From: Pseudomonadota bacterium
GTDB taxonomy: Bacteria > Pseudomonadota > Gammaproteobacteria > JAKAQQ01
Reading direction: 5' to 3'
Length of the DNA: 64,000 bases
Assembly (NCBI GenBank): GCA_021828045.1
Contig: JAKATI010000002.1
Span: 709 to 64,708 of the forward strand
Shown here: positions 47,198 to 56,901 of the stretch, one piece after another
How the letters are laid out: each line of letters starts with the position of its first letter
Position numbering within the stretch: the first letter of the stretch is position 1
Program-made: the position numbers and the translations under genes
Notes under the pieces: generated by a model
Told to the model about the DNA's origin: nothing
The model's database searches: none
What the model saw: only the letters and a program-made list of their open reading frames with translations

Positions 47198-47863
47198 TTG
47201 CCCGAGCCGTTTGAAACCGGACTGGGCCATGTCTTTTGTGACCGGGCGCTGTGCGCGCAGGCCTTGACCCATCGCAGCCGGGGGGCGCCCCATAACGAGC
47301 GGCTCGAGTTCCTGGGCGATGCCGTGCTCGGCTGGGCCGTGGCCGAGGGTCTCTACCGACGCTTCGGCGACTGGGATGAAGGCCGCTTGACGCGGGCCCG
47401 GGCGCGACTGGTCAGCCAGCCGGTTCTGGCCGAGCTGGCCCGCGAGATCGGTCTCGAGGCTGCGTTGCAGGCCGGCATGGGAGTGCTGTCGGATCCTACG
47501 GCCCGTGAACGCGTGCTGGCCTCGACCCTCGAAGCCCTCTTCGGTGCGATTGCCTGCGAGGCCGGAGCCGAGGCGGCACGGGCCGCCGTCGAGCGCTTGC
47601 TTGCACAACGCTGGCCGGTGGTGGAACGCCTGGCCGACCAGAAGGACCCGAAAACCCGTTTGCAGGAGCTGTTGCAGGGTGCGGGACTGCCGCCGCCGGA
47701 ATATGTCCTGCAATCCGCAGCCGGTCCGGGTCATCGTCGTTCGTTCCGGGTTCATTGCGAGGTGCCGGCACGGGGTTGGGCCGAGGAGGGAACCGGGTCC
47801 AGCATGCGCCTTGCCGAGCAGGCGGCCGCAGCAGCCCTGCTCGACCGGATCGGGCATGGCTGA
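47198..47863 (+). CDS. rnc: Ribonuclease III
   Basis: ALTHRS, ERLEFLGDAVLG signature and a C-terminal dsRBD. TTG start. Confidence 0.95.
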   Translation: MPEPFETGLGHVFCDRALCAQALTHRSRGAPHNERLEFLGDAVLGWAVAEGLYRRFGDWDEGRLTRARARLVSQPVLAELAREIGLEAALQAGMGVLSDPTARERVLASTLEALFGAIACEAGAEAARAAVERLLAQRWPVVERLADQKDPKTRLQELLQGAGLPPPEYVLQSAAGPGHRRSFRVHCEVPARGWAEEGTGSSMRLAEQAAAAALLDRIGHG

Positions 47864-48767
47864 GGCGATGACCGGCAGCGCGCGGGTGGCCGTGCTCCTG
47901 GGCCGGCCCAATGTCGGCAAGTCGACACTCTTCAATGCCCTGGCTGGCAGCCGGCTCAGCATTGTCACTCCGAAACCCGCGACCACCCGCCTCGTGGTGG
48001 CCGCGCCACTGCCTGGGGACGATGCCGGAATCCGGATCTGGGACACGCCCGGAATCCTCGACCGGCCCCGGCACCGCCTCCAGCTCCGGCTCAACGATGT
48101 CGTCTGGAATGCCGCGCTCGAATCGGACCTCCTCTTGTTCGTGGTGGCGGGCCTCGAGTGGCGGGACGAGGACGACCGCCTGGTCGAACGGGCTTTCGGT
48201 CTCGGCAAACCGATCGGAGTCGTGGTCAACCAGGTCGACCGCATCAAGCCCCGGACAGCGCTCTTGCCCTTTCTCGAACAACTGGCAAAACGCGCCTCCT
48301 TTTCATTTCTGGTGCCGGTTTCCGCGCGCCGGGGCGAAAACCTCACGGTACTCGCCGGCCAGATCCGCTCCGCCTGTCCCGTCCCGTCCCGTCCCCGCCC
48401 AGCCTCCCTCTCGAGAGGCACCGGGCTCGACTGGCCCGACCAGGCGGCCGAACTCTTCCGGGAGCAGCTCATGCTGGACCTTTCGGCCGAGCTGCCCTAT
48501 GCCCTCCACGTCGTCTGCGAGTCCTGGCAGGAGACCGGGCGCGGGGTCGAGGTGGATCTCCGGGTCTGGGTGGAACGCCCCGGCCAGAAGGGGATCGTGA
48601 TCGGCACCGAAGGGAGAAGGCTCAAGACCGCGGGGACCCGGGTCCGCCATACGCTCGAGGCGCGTCTCGGCCGTCCGGTCCTGTTGCACAGCCGGGTCGA
48701 GGTGGATCCCGACTGGAGCCTCCACCATCCCCGAGAACCCCAGCCGGCTCCGGAGTCCGGCGGATGA
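47856..48767 (+). CDS. era: GTPase Era
   Basis: G1 GRPNVGKST, G3 DTPG, G4 NQVD and a C-terminal KH domain (GQKGIVIGTEGRRLK). 8-nt overlap with rnc. Confidence 0.9.
   Translation: MAEAMTGSARVAVLLGRPNVGKSTLFNALAGSRLSIVTPKPATTRLVVAAPLPGDDAGIRIWDTPGILDRPRHRLQLRLNDVVWNAALESDLLLFVVAGLEWRDEDDRLVERAFGLGKPIGVVVNQVDRIKPRTALLPFLEQLAKRASFSFLVPVSARRGENLTVLAGQIRSACPVPSRPRPASLSRGTGLDWPDQAAELFREQLMLDLSAELPYALHVVCESWQETGRGVEVDLRVWVERPGQKGIVIGTEGRRLKTAGTRVRHTLEARLGRPVLLHSRVEVDPDWSLHHPREPQPAPESGG
48376..48395 (+). repeat. Pentanucleotide tandem repeat (GTCCC)x4 inside era
   Basis: Read directly as GTCCCGTCCCGTCCCGTCCC. It encodes CPVPSRPRP in the G-domain/KH linker. Confidence 0.9.
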
Positions 48768-49483
48768 TCCGGGTCTGGGACGAACCGGCCTGGGTCCTGC
48801 ATGCCCGGAACTACGGTGAGACCAGCCAGATCGTCGAACTGCTCACGGCGCATGAGGGCCGCATCGGCCTCCTCGCCCGCGGGACCCGCAGGTCCCCCAA
48901 GGCCCCGCGTCTCGAGCCTTTCACACCTTGGAGCGTGTCCTGGAGCGGAGGCGAGGGCCGCCTGCCGACCCTCCGGAACGCGGAACGGGCCGGCCCGCCC
49001 GCCCGCCTCCAGGGGCATGCCTTGTGGGCTGGCTTCCATCTCCACGACCTGATGCTCCGCCTGACCGAGCGCTTTGAACCCCTGGCTTCGCTCCATGCCC
49101 GCTATACCGGTGCGCTTTCTGCCTTGGAGCAGGGAATTCCGCCGGCCCAGGTGGTGTGCCGGTTCGAACGGGACCTCCTGGCCGAACTCGGCTATGGGCT
49201 CAATCTCCGGGAAGAGGCGGGGAGCCGCGAGCCGATCCATCCCGCGGCCCACTACGAGTTCGATCCCGGCTCCGGCGCGCGACGACTGCCGGAGGGGGTC
49301 TCCGGCATCGAGGGCCGGGTCCTTCTGGATCTGGCCCAAGGCAGCTGGGGTGACGAGGCCTCACTCCTGGCCAGCCGCCGCCTGCTCGAGCGGGTCTACG
49401 CCTTTCATGGAAGGGGGCAGAATCCGGGAGTGCGGCCCTGGATGGAGTCGCTTTTGCTCTTTGCCCGCCGCCATGGAGCCTGA
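48764..49483 (+). CDS. recO: DNA repair protein RecO
   Basis: AWVLHARNYGETSQIVELLT OB-fold start. 239 aa with an ATGA overlap with era, in era-recO-pdxJ synteny. Confidence 0.88.
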   Translation: MIRVWDEPAWVLHARNYGETSQIVELLTAHEGRIGLLARGTRRSPKAPRLEPFTPWSVSWSGGEGRLPTLRNAERAGPPARLQGHALWAGFHLHDLMLRLTERFEPLASLHARYTGALSALEQGIPPAQVVCRFERDLLAELGYGLNLREEAGSREPIHPAAHYEFDPGSGARRLPEGVSGIEGRVLLDLAQGSWGDEASLLASRRLLERVYAFHGRGQNPGVRPWMESLLLFARRHGA

Positions 49484-49505
49484 TGCGGTGGCGGCTGCCC
49501 TCCCG

Positions 49506-50243
49506 ATGATCCGGCTCGGGGTCAATGTCGATCACGTGGCAACCCTGCGCGAAGCGCGCCAGACGGTCTACCCGGACCCGGTGGCCGCGGCCTGCCTGGC
49601 GCTCCGTGGAGGGGCAGACAACATCACGGTCCACCTGCGCGAGGATCGCCGCCACATCCGGGAATCCGATGTGACGCGTCTCGTCCGGGAGTTGCCCCTT
49701 CCGGTCAACCTGGAGATGAGCCTGAACCCGGTCATCGTCGAATTTGCGGAGTCGATCCGGCCGGCCGAGGTCTGTTTTGTGCCGGAACGGCGAGCGGAAC
49801 GGACCACGGAAAGCGGGCTCGCCGTCCGTCTCCTGGCCGACCGCCTGTTTCCGGTGGTGCAAAGGCTCTCCGAAGCCGGGATCCGGGTGGCCCTGTTCGT
49901 CGATCCGGTGGACGACGAGGTTGCGGCCGCATCCGCACTCGGGATCCATGCGGTCGAACTGCATACCGGTGCCTATGCCGAATCCCGGGACGCCGCCTCC
50001 CGTGCCCATCGGCTCGAGCGCCTGAGCACCGCCGCCCGCCGGGCCCGCTCCCTCGGGCTTGCGGTCCATGCCGGACATGGACTGGATTACGACTCAGTCG
50101 CCCGGGTGGCGGCGATCCCGGAAATCGAGACGTTGAATATCGGGCATGCCATCGTGAGCCGGGCGGTTTTCGTCGGACTGGAGGAGGCCACCCGCCTCAT
50201 GAAGGAGCGGATGCGGGATGCCCGCCGGGGTGGGGTGCCGTGA
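49506..50243 (+). CDS. pdxJ: Pyridoxine 5'-phosphate synthase
   Basis: LGVNVDHVATLREAR, HLREDRRHI and HAGHGL motifs. An alternative upstream ATG lies at 49473. Confidence 0.92.
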   Translation: MIRLGVNVDHVATLREARQTVYPDPVAAACLALRGGADNITVHLREDRRHIRESDVTRLVRELPLPVNLEMSLNPVIVEFAESIRPAEVCFVPERRAERTTESGLAVRLLADRLFPVVQRLSEAGIRVALFVDPVDDEVAAASALGIHAVELHTGAYAESRDAASRAHRLERLSTAARRARSLGLAVHAGHGLDYDSVARVAAIPEIETLNIGHAIVSRAVFVGLEEATRLMKERMRDARRGGVP

Positions 50244-50635
50244 TCGTCGGAGTCGGAACCGACCTTGTTTCCATCCCCCGGATGGAAGGGCTCTGGAGAC
50301 GACATGGGATCCGGCTCGTCCAGCGTATCCTGACCGCAGCCGAGCGGGAGGAGTGGGCCCGCCGGCATGAACCGGCCCGCTATCTGGCTCTCCGGTTCGC
50401 GGCCAAGGAGGCGGTCGCGAAGGCTTTGGGTACCGGGTTTTCCGCTGGGGTTTCGCTCCAGGCCCTGACTATCTTGTCCGATCCAAGGGGCAAGCCGGTC
50501 GTGCACTTCGCACCGGGACGGCTCATGGACCGCTTGCGGGAGTCGGGTGTGGCCGGGGTGGAGCTCAGTTTGACGGATGAATTGGACTGGGCTCTGGCCT
50601 TTGCGGTGGCCTTTGGGGACGGGAGGGACGGCTGA
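50240..50635 (+). CDS. acpS: Holo-ACP synthase
   Basis: GVGTDLVSIPR and FAAKEAVAKALGTG motifs. GTGA overlap with pdxJ. Confidence 0.9.
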   Translation: MIVGVGTDLVSIPRMEGLWRRHGIRLVQRILTAAEREEWARRHEPARYLALRFAAKEAVAKALGTGFSAGVSLQALTILSDPRGKPVVHFAPGRLMDRLRESGVAGVELSLTDELDWALAFAVAFGDGRDG

Positions 50636-53294
50636 GCACGCGCTGGAGGGTCTCGGCCAGGGTAACCGCGCGGATCGGCTTGATGAGATATTCGCGGATT
50701 CCGGAGTTGAGGGCGCGGATCCGGGTCTCCGGGAGAATGTCGGCACTGATCGCGACGAGCGGGAGGTTCGGGTGGTTGGCCGTGATCCGCTGTGCGGTTT
50801 CGATGCCGTCCATTTCCGGCATGTGGATGTCCAGGAGAACCAGATCCGGCTCGACACTGTCGATCATGCCGACCAGGCCCGCGCCATTCGGGCACAGCCA
50901 CACCCGGGCTCCCTGCTGTTCCAGCATGCGGCCGATCAGGGTCCGGTTGATGGCGTTGTCCTCGGCAACCAGCATGCGGATTCCGGCCAAAAGGCCCGAG
51001 GGGTTCGCCTGCGGCGTACGGGCCGGTGTGAGGAGACGGGTCGTGGGATCTTTGAGGATTGCCGCAACGGCCTGATCGAGGTCCTGCCAGGCGGAAGAGC
51101 GGAGGTCATGGTCATCCGGGTGGGTTTGTCCGTGGCTGCGGAGCCGGGAGATGGCCACCTGGAGGGCAGGGAGCTTGCAGAAGCGGGCGGTGCCCTCGAG
51201 CTGGTGCAACGCCTCCCGGATTTTTTGCGGGGCGGGATGAACCGTCCAGGCTTCGCGCAGGACTTGCACCTGGCGGGGGAGTTCCTGACGGAAGAGATTC
51301 CAGAAGTCCGCCTCCGAGTCATGCCGTTCCGGCGCCGGTGTGCTGGGTGTGGCTTGGAGCAGTTCGACCAGGGCCTGCTTGAGGTCACGGACGGTGGCAT
51401 GGACGGGCAGGCAGATGGCGTGCCGGATCAGTCCGATCCGCCGGTGCTCGAGCCGGTCGGCGGTTGCGGCCAGAACCAGTCGCCGCGGATGCACCGGACT
51501 CCCTTCCATGGGCGGGAGATCCCGGGTCAGGTCGGAAATCCCAAGAATCTCGACCTCAAGAACCGGCTGCTCGGAGTCCGGGTTTCCTGCCGGGGCGGTT
51601 CCCGCCACGGGAAGCACCTCGAAGCCCCAGGCTGCAAAACGACGTTCGAAACAGTCCCGGTAGGCGGGAGGTCCGGAAAGGCGGATCCGGTAGGGGAAGT
51701 ACGTCTCGGGAGCGGGGAAGGCATTGGGAACCGGCTGGAAGCCCAGGTGAACTCCGAACCGGGTTCCGGATCCGGGCAGGCTGTCCACCTGGATGGTTCC
51801 CTTCATGGCCTCGACGATGCGCCGGCAGATCGCCAGTCCCAGTCCGACGCCGCCGAAACGGCGGGAGGTCGAACTGTCGGCCTGGGCAAATGGCTCGAAG
51901 ATGCGGATCCGGTCTTCGGGGGAGAGGCCAATGCCCTCGTCCTCGACATCGAGGTGGAAGAGGACCCGGTCCGCCGCGCTTTCCTGCCGGGCCCGGACGC
52001 GGATCAGGCCGTGCTCGGTGAACTTGATGGCGTTTCCGATCAGGTTGTTCAGGATCTGGCGCAGGCGGCCGGCATCCGCGAGCACCTGGAGTGGTGGCCC
52101 CTCATAGAGGTCCGGCAGGAAATCCAGGCCTTTCTGCAAGGCCTGCGGGGCGAGCGCGGCAACCACTTCCTCGAGCAGGATGTGGACGTCACAGGGTGCC
52201 TGCGAGAGATCGAGGTGCCCCGCCTCGATACGGGAGAAATGCAGGACCTCGTCGATCAGGCTGAGCAGGTGCTGGCCGGAGCGCTGGATCCACCCGAGGT
52301 ACTCCTGCTGGTCCGCGTCGAGGGGCGTGGCCGTGAGGAAATCCGCATAGCCCAGGATGGTGTTCATCGGGGTACGGATCTCGTGGTTGATGTTGGCCAG
52401 AAACGCCGTTTTGGCCCGGTTGGCCGCCACGGCCTCCTTGCGTGCGAGATCCAGCGCGACGTTCTTGCTTTCAACCTCCTCGAGAGTCTCCCGGAGTTCC
52501 AAAGTGGCCTGGGTGACTTCGGCCTCGAGCTGCCGGGTGCTGTGCCCGATCTGCTCCGCGAGCTGGTTGATGCCGTGTTCGAGCCGTCCGAGTTCCCCGG
52601 AGGAGTTTTCCGGCAGCCGGACGGACATCTGGCCTTCAGACAGTTCACTCACCGATTGCAGCATGCGGAGCACCGGGTGGGTGATCGAACGGCTCATCCG
52701 CTCGGCCAGGATGAAGGTCGCGAGCAGCCCGAGCAACATGAGGACCAAGCCCTCGATCAGGATCCGGCTTTCCTGGTCGCCCAGATGCTCGGTGGACAGG
52801 GTGACCAGGACCGTGCCCAGGGTCTCGACCGGTGCGGCGCCTTTCGGGGAGCGGTGGTGGAAGAGTCCATACTCCGGCCCGACCGGAAGCGGCCGGATCG
52901 TGACCGGGGAGGAAAAGGTCCAGGCGTTGCCGGTGGACCCCGAAATGAGGTTGGCGATGAACTGCCCACCGCGTTCGACCCAGTTCATGGGATGCCGCTT
53001 GCGGAATCCGCTGGCCAGGATGCGGCCGGAATGGTTCTCGATCACGATCGAGGAGATGGCCGATTGGGCGAGTGCCGGATTGATCAGGCGGCGCAGGATC
53101 GAGGCGTTGTTGGACAGCACGCCATACTGGGCGGCGGGTGCCAGCTGGCGGGAGACGGTCTGTCCCAGGATCCGGCGGGACGCCCGCAGGGCGGCCAGGT
53201 TGCTCGAGACGAAATAGACCGCCAGGGCGATGGCGATCAAGGCGGCGGGGCCCCAGGCGATCAGGAGGACCCGGCCCCGGATCCCGAGATTCAT
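50565..53294 (-). CDS. Hybrid sensor histidine kinase (2 TM sensor - HAMP - HisKA - HATPase - spacer - HPt - receiver)
   Basis: H-box FLANINHEIRTPMN, N/G boxes (NLIGNAIKFT, DEGIGL, GGVGLGLAI), HPt-like HQLEGTARF and receiver MLVAEDN...LLDIHMPEMDG...K. 909 aa. Confidence 0.9.
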   Translation of the reverse strand: MNLGIRGRVLLIAWGPAALIAIALAVYFVSSNLAALRASRRILGQTVSRQLAPAAQYGVLSNNASILRRLINPALAQSAISSIVIENHSGRILASGFRKRHPMNWVERGGQFIANLISGSTGNAWTFSSPVTIRPLPVGPEYGLFHHRSPKGAAPVETLGTVLVTLSTEHLGDQESRILIEGLVLMLLGLLATFILAERMSRSITHPVLRMLQSVSELSEGQMSVRLPENSSGELGRLEHGINQLAEQIGHSTRQLEAEVTQATLELRETLEEVESKNVALDLARKEAVAANRAKTAFLANINHEIRTPMNTILGYADFLTATPLDADQQEYLGWIQRSGQHLLSLIDEVLHFSRIEAGHLDLSQAPCDVHILLEEVVAALAPQALQKGLDFLPDLYEGPPLQVLADAGRLRQILNNLIGNAIKFTEHGLIRVRARQESAADRVLFHLDVEDEGIGLSPEDRIRIFEPFAQADSSTSRRFGGVGLGLAICRRIVEAMKGTIQVDSLPGSGTRFGVHLGFQPVPNAFPAPETYFPYRIRLSGPPAYRDCFERRFAAWGFEVLPVAGTAPAGNPDSEQPVLEVEILGISDLTRDLPPMEGSPVHPRRLVLAATADRLEHRRIGLIRHAICLPVHATVRDLKQALVELLQATPSTPAPERHDSEADFWNLFRQELPRQVQVLREAWTVHPAPQKIREALHQLEGTARFCKLPALQVAISRLRSHGQTHPDDHDLRSSAWQDLDQAVAAILKDPTTRLLTPARTPQANPSGLLAGIRMLVAEDNAINRTLIGRMLEQQGARVWLCPNGAGLVGMIDSVEPDLVLLDIHMPEMDGIETAQRITANHPNLPLVAISADILPETRIRALNSGIREYLIKPIRAVTLAETLQRVLSRPSRPQRPPQRPEPSPIHPSN

Positions 53295-54262
53295 ATCCCG
53301 AACTCGACCGGTTTCGGCCGGGGGTGCTGGTGCAGGGCCTTGAGGATCCGGGACAGGCCTGGAAGCGGTATGCCCATGGTGCCGGCGATCGACCGGTTGA
53401 GCAGGACCGTGAAACGCCGGGGATAACTCGGTGCCGGCAGCCTGGAGAGGGTACGGGTTGTGGCCGCGAGCACGATCGGGAGGGCTTGGCGGCTGAACTG
53501 GCCGGGCGTGGAATAGAGACCAGCCAAGGCACCGTCATGGACGTACTCCGGTGCATAGCCGATCACCGGAACACCATAACGGAACGCCCGGAGGAAGATT
53601 TCCGGGAGGGTGAGCGAATTGTAGACCGAGGCATCAGGGAGTTCGATCAAGGCGTCGGTGCCCGGCAGGGCAAACCGGAACGCACTCAAAATATCCCGCG
53701 GGTTCGGCGGCGTCACGATCACATGGGCCGCATACCCGTGGGCATGCGCAACCTGTTCAATGCGCCGGCGTCGCCATTGCTGGTTCTCGCTCAAAACCGC
53801 GGAGATGGCGTGCAGGCGCGGAATCAGAATCCCGGCCAGGTCGAGAAAGCGTCCGAAGGGCTGGTTCAGGTAGATGGCCGTGACCGGCGCCCGTGCGGAT
53901 CCGGTCAGGCGGCGAAAGGTGTCGCGGGTCACGTACACGGCCAAAACCGGCGCCGTGGGCTTCCGGGCCAGGAGCCAGGCGAGACTGCCGGGTCCCACGG
54001 TCACAATGAGGACCGACCGATCAAGGCGGTGAACCATCTCCGGATCCGTCCGGAGCCCGGATCCGCGCTCGAGAACGCGGATGCCGGCCAGGCCACGCCG
54101 GGTGAGTGCGGTTTCCAGATCCCGGGTGAATGCCTCATAAACCGGCTGACCCGCCCGTTCGACGAGGAGGAGGTTCGGGGCGGTCGGTCGGGCTCCGTGT
54201 GCCGGGGTCATCCCCAGGCCGGCCAAGAGCGTCAGGAGGCCCCCGATCTGGGTTTTACGCAT
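53291..54262 (-). CDS. Periplasmic ABC-type substrate-binding-like protein (ABC_sub_bind/PF04392-like) partnered with the kinase
   Basis: Signal peptide MRKTQIGGLLTLLAGLGMTPAHG. Overall pattern resembles PF04392 proteins (VTAIY, DALIELPD, VPVIGY, NRSIAGTMGIPLP). 4-nt overlap with the kinase start. Confidence 0.65.
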   Translation of the reverse strand: MRKTQIGGLLTLLAGLGMTPAHGARPTAPNLLLVERAGQPVYEAFTRDLETALTRRGLAGIRVLERGSGLRTDPEMVHRLDRSVLIVTVGPGSLAWLLARKPTAPVLAVYVTRDTFRRLTGSARAPVTAIYLNQPFGRFLDLAGILIPRLHAISAVLSENQQWRRRRIEQVAHAHGYAAHVIVTPPNPRDILSAFRFALPGTDALIELPDASVYNSLTLPEIFLRAFRYGVPVIGYAPEYVHDGALAGLYSTPGQFSRQALPIVLAATTRTLSRLPAPSYPRRFTVLLNRSIAGTMGIPLPGLSRILKALHQHPRPKPVEFGI

Positions 54263-54308
54263 AGAATGGGATTCTAGCAAGAGCGGTGCCACCGGAACAG
54301 GGGGGGGC

Positions 54309-55121
54309 TTGAACGAGCCGATACTGGCCTTCGATATCGAGACCATTCCGGATACCGCGCTCGGATCCCGTCTTTTGGGACTGGAGGGTCTTTCGGAAGC
54401 GGAGCAGATGGAGGCCCTGCTACAGAAACGCCGGCAGGAGGCGGGCGGGAGCGAGTTCATGCCCATCCACCTCCAGGCCGTGCTCGTGATTGGCATGGTT
54501 CTCCGAACCGATCGGGAGCTCAAGTGCTTTTCCCTGGGTTCCCGTCTCGACGGCGAACGCGAGCGGATCCAGCGTTTTTTTTCCGGCTTGGACCGCCTGA
54601 AACCCCGGCTCGTCAGCTGGAATGGAAACGGCTTCGATCTCCCGGTCCTCCAGTACCGGGCTCTCCGCTATGCGATTCCGTCCGCCGTCTATTGGGAAAC
54701 TGGGGATCGCCTGCCCGAGTTCCGTTTCAACCACTACCTGTCCCGCTACCATTGGCGGCACACGGACCTCATGGATGTCTTGGGTGGCTTCCAGTCCGGG
54801 CGCAATGCAGTCCGCCTGGACGAGGCCGCGCGGCTCGTCGGGCTGCCCGGCAAACTGGGGCTGTCCGGGTCCCAGGTGCTCACCTCCTATCTTGCCGGCG
54901 AACGGGAGCGCATCGACCGCTATTGCGAGGTCGATGCGCTCACCACCTATCTGCTCTTCCTCCGTCTGGAACGCCTGCGCGACCGCCTGACGGCCGACCG
55001 GTTCCGGGACGCGGTCCGGGAGGTCGAGGATTTCCTTCTGGCCCATCCGGAACCCCACTGGCAGGAATTCCAGGCGCACTGGGACCGGAGCTTCTGGGAG
55101 GCATCTGCGGATTCCGCATGA
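54309..55121 (+). CDS. Predicted 3'-5' exonuclease related to PolB exonuclease domain (COG3298-like)
   Basis: ExoI-like ILAFDIETIPD, WNGNGFDLPVL and a C-terminal YCEVDALTTYLLF. TTG start. Confidence 0.7.
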   Translation: MNEPILAFDIETIPDTALGSRLLGLEGLSEAEQMEALLQKRRQEAGGSEFMPIHLQAVLVIGMVLRTDRELKCFSLGSRLDGERERIQRFFSGLDRLKPRLVSWNGNGFDLPVLQYRALRYAIPSAVYWETGDRLPEFRFNHYLSRYHWRHTDLMDVLGGFQSGRNAVRLDEAARLVGLPGKLGLSGSQVLTSYLAGERERIDRYCEVDALTTYLLFLRLERLRDRLTADRFRDAVREVEDFLLAHPEPHWQEFQAHWDRSFWEASADSA

Positions 55122-56401
55122 TATCGGTTGAGATCGAAAGACTCACGCTCGAAGGGCTTGGGGTGGCGCACCACGGAGGCAAGGCGCTCCTTGTCCGGGA
55201 TGCCCTGCCCGGTGAGGTGGTGGACGTGGCGGTGAGGGCCCGCCATGCCCGCTTCGACGAGGCCACCCCGAAACGTTACCGAACGCGTTCCCCCGACCGA
55301 CGGGAGCCGGCTTGTGTGCATTTCGGGACCTGCGGGGGATGTGCACTCCAGATGCTGGATCCGGAAGCCCAGGTCCGGCACAAGACCACGGCCACCCTCG
55401 AGATCCTGGAACGGATTGGACAGATCCGCCCGGAGCAGGTGGATCCACCGGTCTCCGTCCAGCCCTGGTCTTACCGGCGGCGGGTTCGCCTGCACTGCGA
55501 GATCGCCTCCGGCGGCCGTCTCAAGGTCGGGTATCGGGCCCGGGAGGGTCGGGGAGTCCTGGCCCTCACGCAATGCCCGATCCTCACTCCGGCACTGGCC
55601 GAATGGGTGGTCCCGCTGGGCGAGCTCCTGGCGCCGGTTTCCGGTTGCGGGCCGCCTTCCGGGATCGAGCTTGCAGCCGGCGACCAGGGTCCGGCCGCAC
55701 GGCTGATCGCCCGCTCTGGTTCCGCGTCCGCGAGTTTGCGGGATCCGGGAGCCCGGCTCGCATCGCGGGGGCTTCCGATCGAGGGCGAGGATCCGGTTAC
55801 GGGGGGGGACGCGACAGGCGGACCGGCCTTCCGCCAGAGCTACCGGCTCAACGAGTTCGATTGCGAGATCGCTTTCCGCGTTGCCGACTTCATCCAGGTC
55901 CATGAAGAAATCAACCGCCTGCTCGTGCACGATCTCGTGACGTGGGCGGACCCGTCTCCAGCCGGAAACTGGCTGGATCTCTACGCCGGGGTCGGCAATT
56001 TTTCACTCCCCCTGGCGCGTCGCGCAGGACGCGTGATGGCCGTCGAGGGGGATCCGGTGACCTGTGAAACCCTCCGGTACAATGTCCGGCGCAATGGCCT
56101 CTCCAACGTGCAGGTGCGCGAGGCCGACCTCGGCCGGTCGCGGGAAACGCCCGGCCTGGACGGGAGGGTGGAGGGAATCGTGCTGGATCCACCGCGGGCC
56201 GGTGCAGCCCGGGTCCTCGAGTCCCTGCCACGCGAATGCCCGGAGCGGCTGCTCTACATCTCCTGTCACCCGGCCACCCTGGCCCGTGATGCGGCCCGGC
56301 TGGTTCGTGACCAGGGTTACCGCCTCGCACGCTTCCGGACCTACGACATGTTTCCGCAGACGGCCCATCTCGAATGCCTGGCCTTTTTCCACCGCCCATG
56401 A
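55118..56401 (+). CDS. rlmD: 23S rRNA (uracil-C5)-methyltransferase RlmD/RumA
   Basis: TRAM N-terminus, Fe-S Cys cluster CVHFGTCGGCALQ plus CPIL, and the SAM fold (LDLYAGVGNFSLPLA, DPPRAG, SCHPATLARD). ATGA overlap with the upstream gene. Confidence 0.88.
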   Translation: MISVEIERLTLEGLGVAHHGGKALLVRDALPGEVVDVAVRARHARFDEATPKRYRTRSPDRREPACVHFGTCGGCALQMLDPEAQVRHKTTATLEILERIGQIRPEQVDPPVSVQPWSYRRRVRLHCEIASGGRLKVGYRAREGRGVLALTQCPILTPALAEWVVPLGELLAPVSGCGPPSGIELAAGDQGPAARLIARSGSASASLRDPGARLASRGLPIEGEDPVTGGDATGGPAFRQSYRLNEFDCEIAFRVADFIQVHEEINRLLVHDLVTWADPSPAGNWLDLYAGVGNFSLPLARRAGRVMAVEGDPVTCETLRYNVRRNGLSNVQVREADLGRSRETPGLDGRVEGIVLDPPRAGAARVLESLPRECPERLLYISCHPATLARDAARLVRDQGYRLARFRTYDMFPQTAHLECLAFFHRP

Positions 56402-56901
56402 GGGAGGAAATCGAGCGCAAGTACCTGGTCCGCTCCGAAGGCTGGCGGGCTTTGGCCACATCCGCCCGGAGCCTTCGTCAGGGATATCTCGCGAAGGGCC
56501 CGGGTGTGACCGTCCGGGTTCGGGCGGCGGCGGGAGAAGGTCGGCTCACCCTGAAAAGCCGTCTTTCCGGTCCGTCCCGGATGGAGTTCGAGTATGTGAT
56601 TCCGCCGGAGGAAGCCCACGCGCTGCTCGAGGGCTATGCCGGAAGCTGCCTCGTGGAGAAGGTCCGTCATGCCGTGCCCTGTGGGGAACGGCTGTGGGAG
56701 GTGGACGTGTTTGGTGGCCTGAATGAGGGACTGATCCTGGCCGAGATCGAGCTCGCGAGCGTGGAGGAGCCCGTCCAGCTCCCCGACTGGGTCGGGCGGG
56801 AAGTGACGGAGGATCCCCGCTTCTACAACCAGTTTTTGGCCGAGCAGCCCTTCGGACAGTGGCCCCGGGAGGAGAGGGAGAGGTGTACGCTCGCCCGATA
56901 A
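56398..56901 (+). CDS. CYTH-domain protein (triphosphate tunnel metalloenzyme family)
   Basis: The EIERKYLV N-terminal signature and alternating acidic/basic strands. 167 aa. Confidence 0.8.
   Translation: MREEIERKYLVRSEGWRALATSARSLRQGYLAKGPGVTVRVRAAAGEGRLTLKSRLSGPSRMEFEYVIPPEEAHALLEGYAGSCLVEKVRHAVPCGERLWEVDVFGGLNEGLILAEIELASVEEPVQLPDWVGREVTEDPRFYNQFLAEQPFGQWPREERERCTLAR

Noticed and set aside
50577-53426. 949-aa ORF on the plus strand
   Set aside because: It is antisense to the hybrid histidine kinase, whose H, N and G boxes and receiver are clear. This is a shadow ORF.
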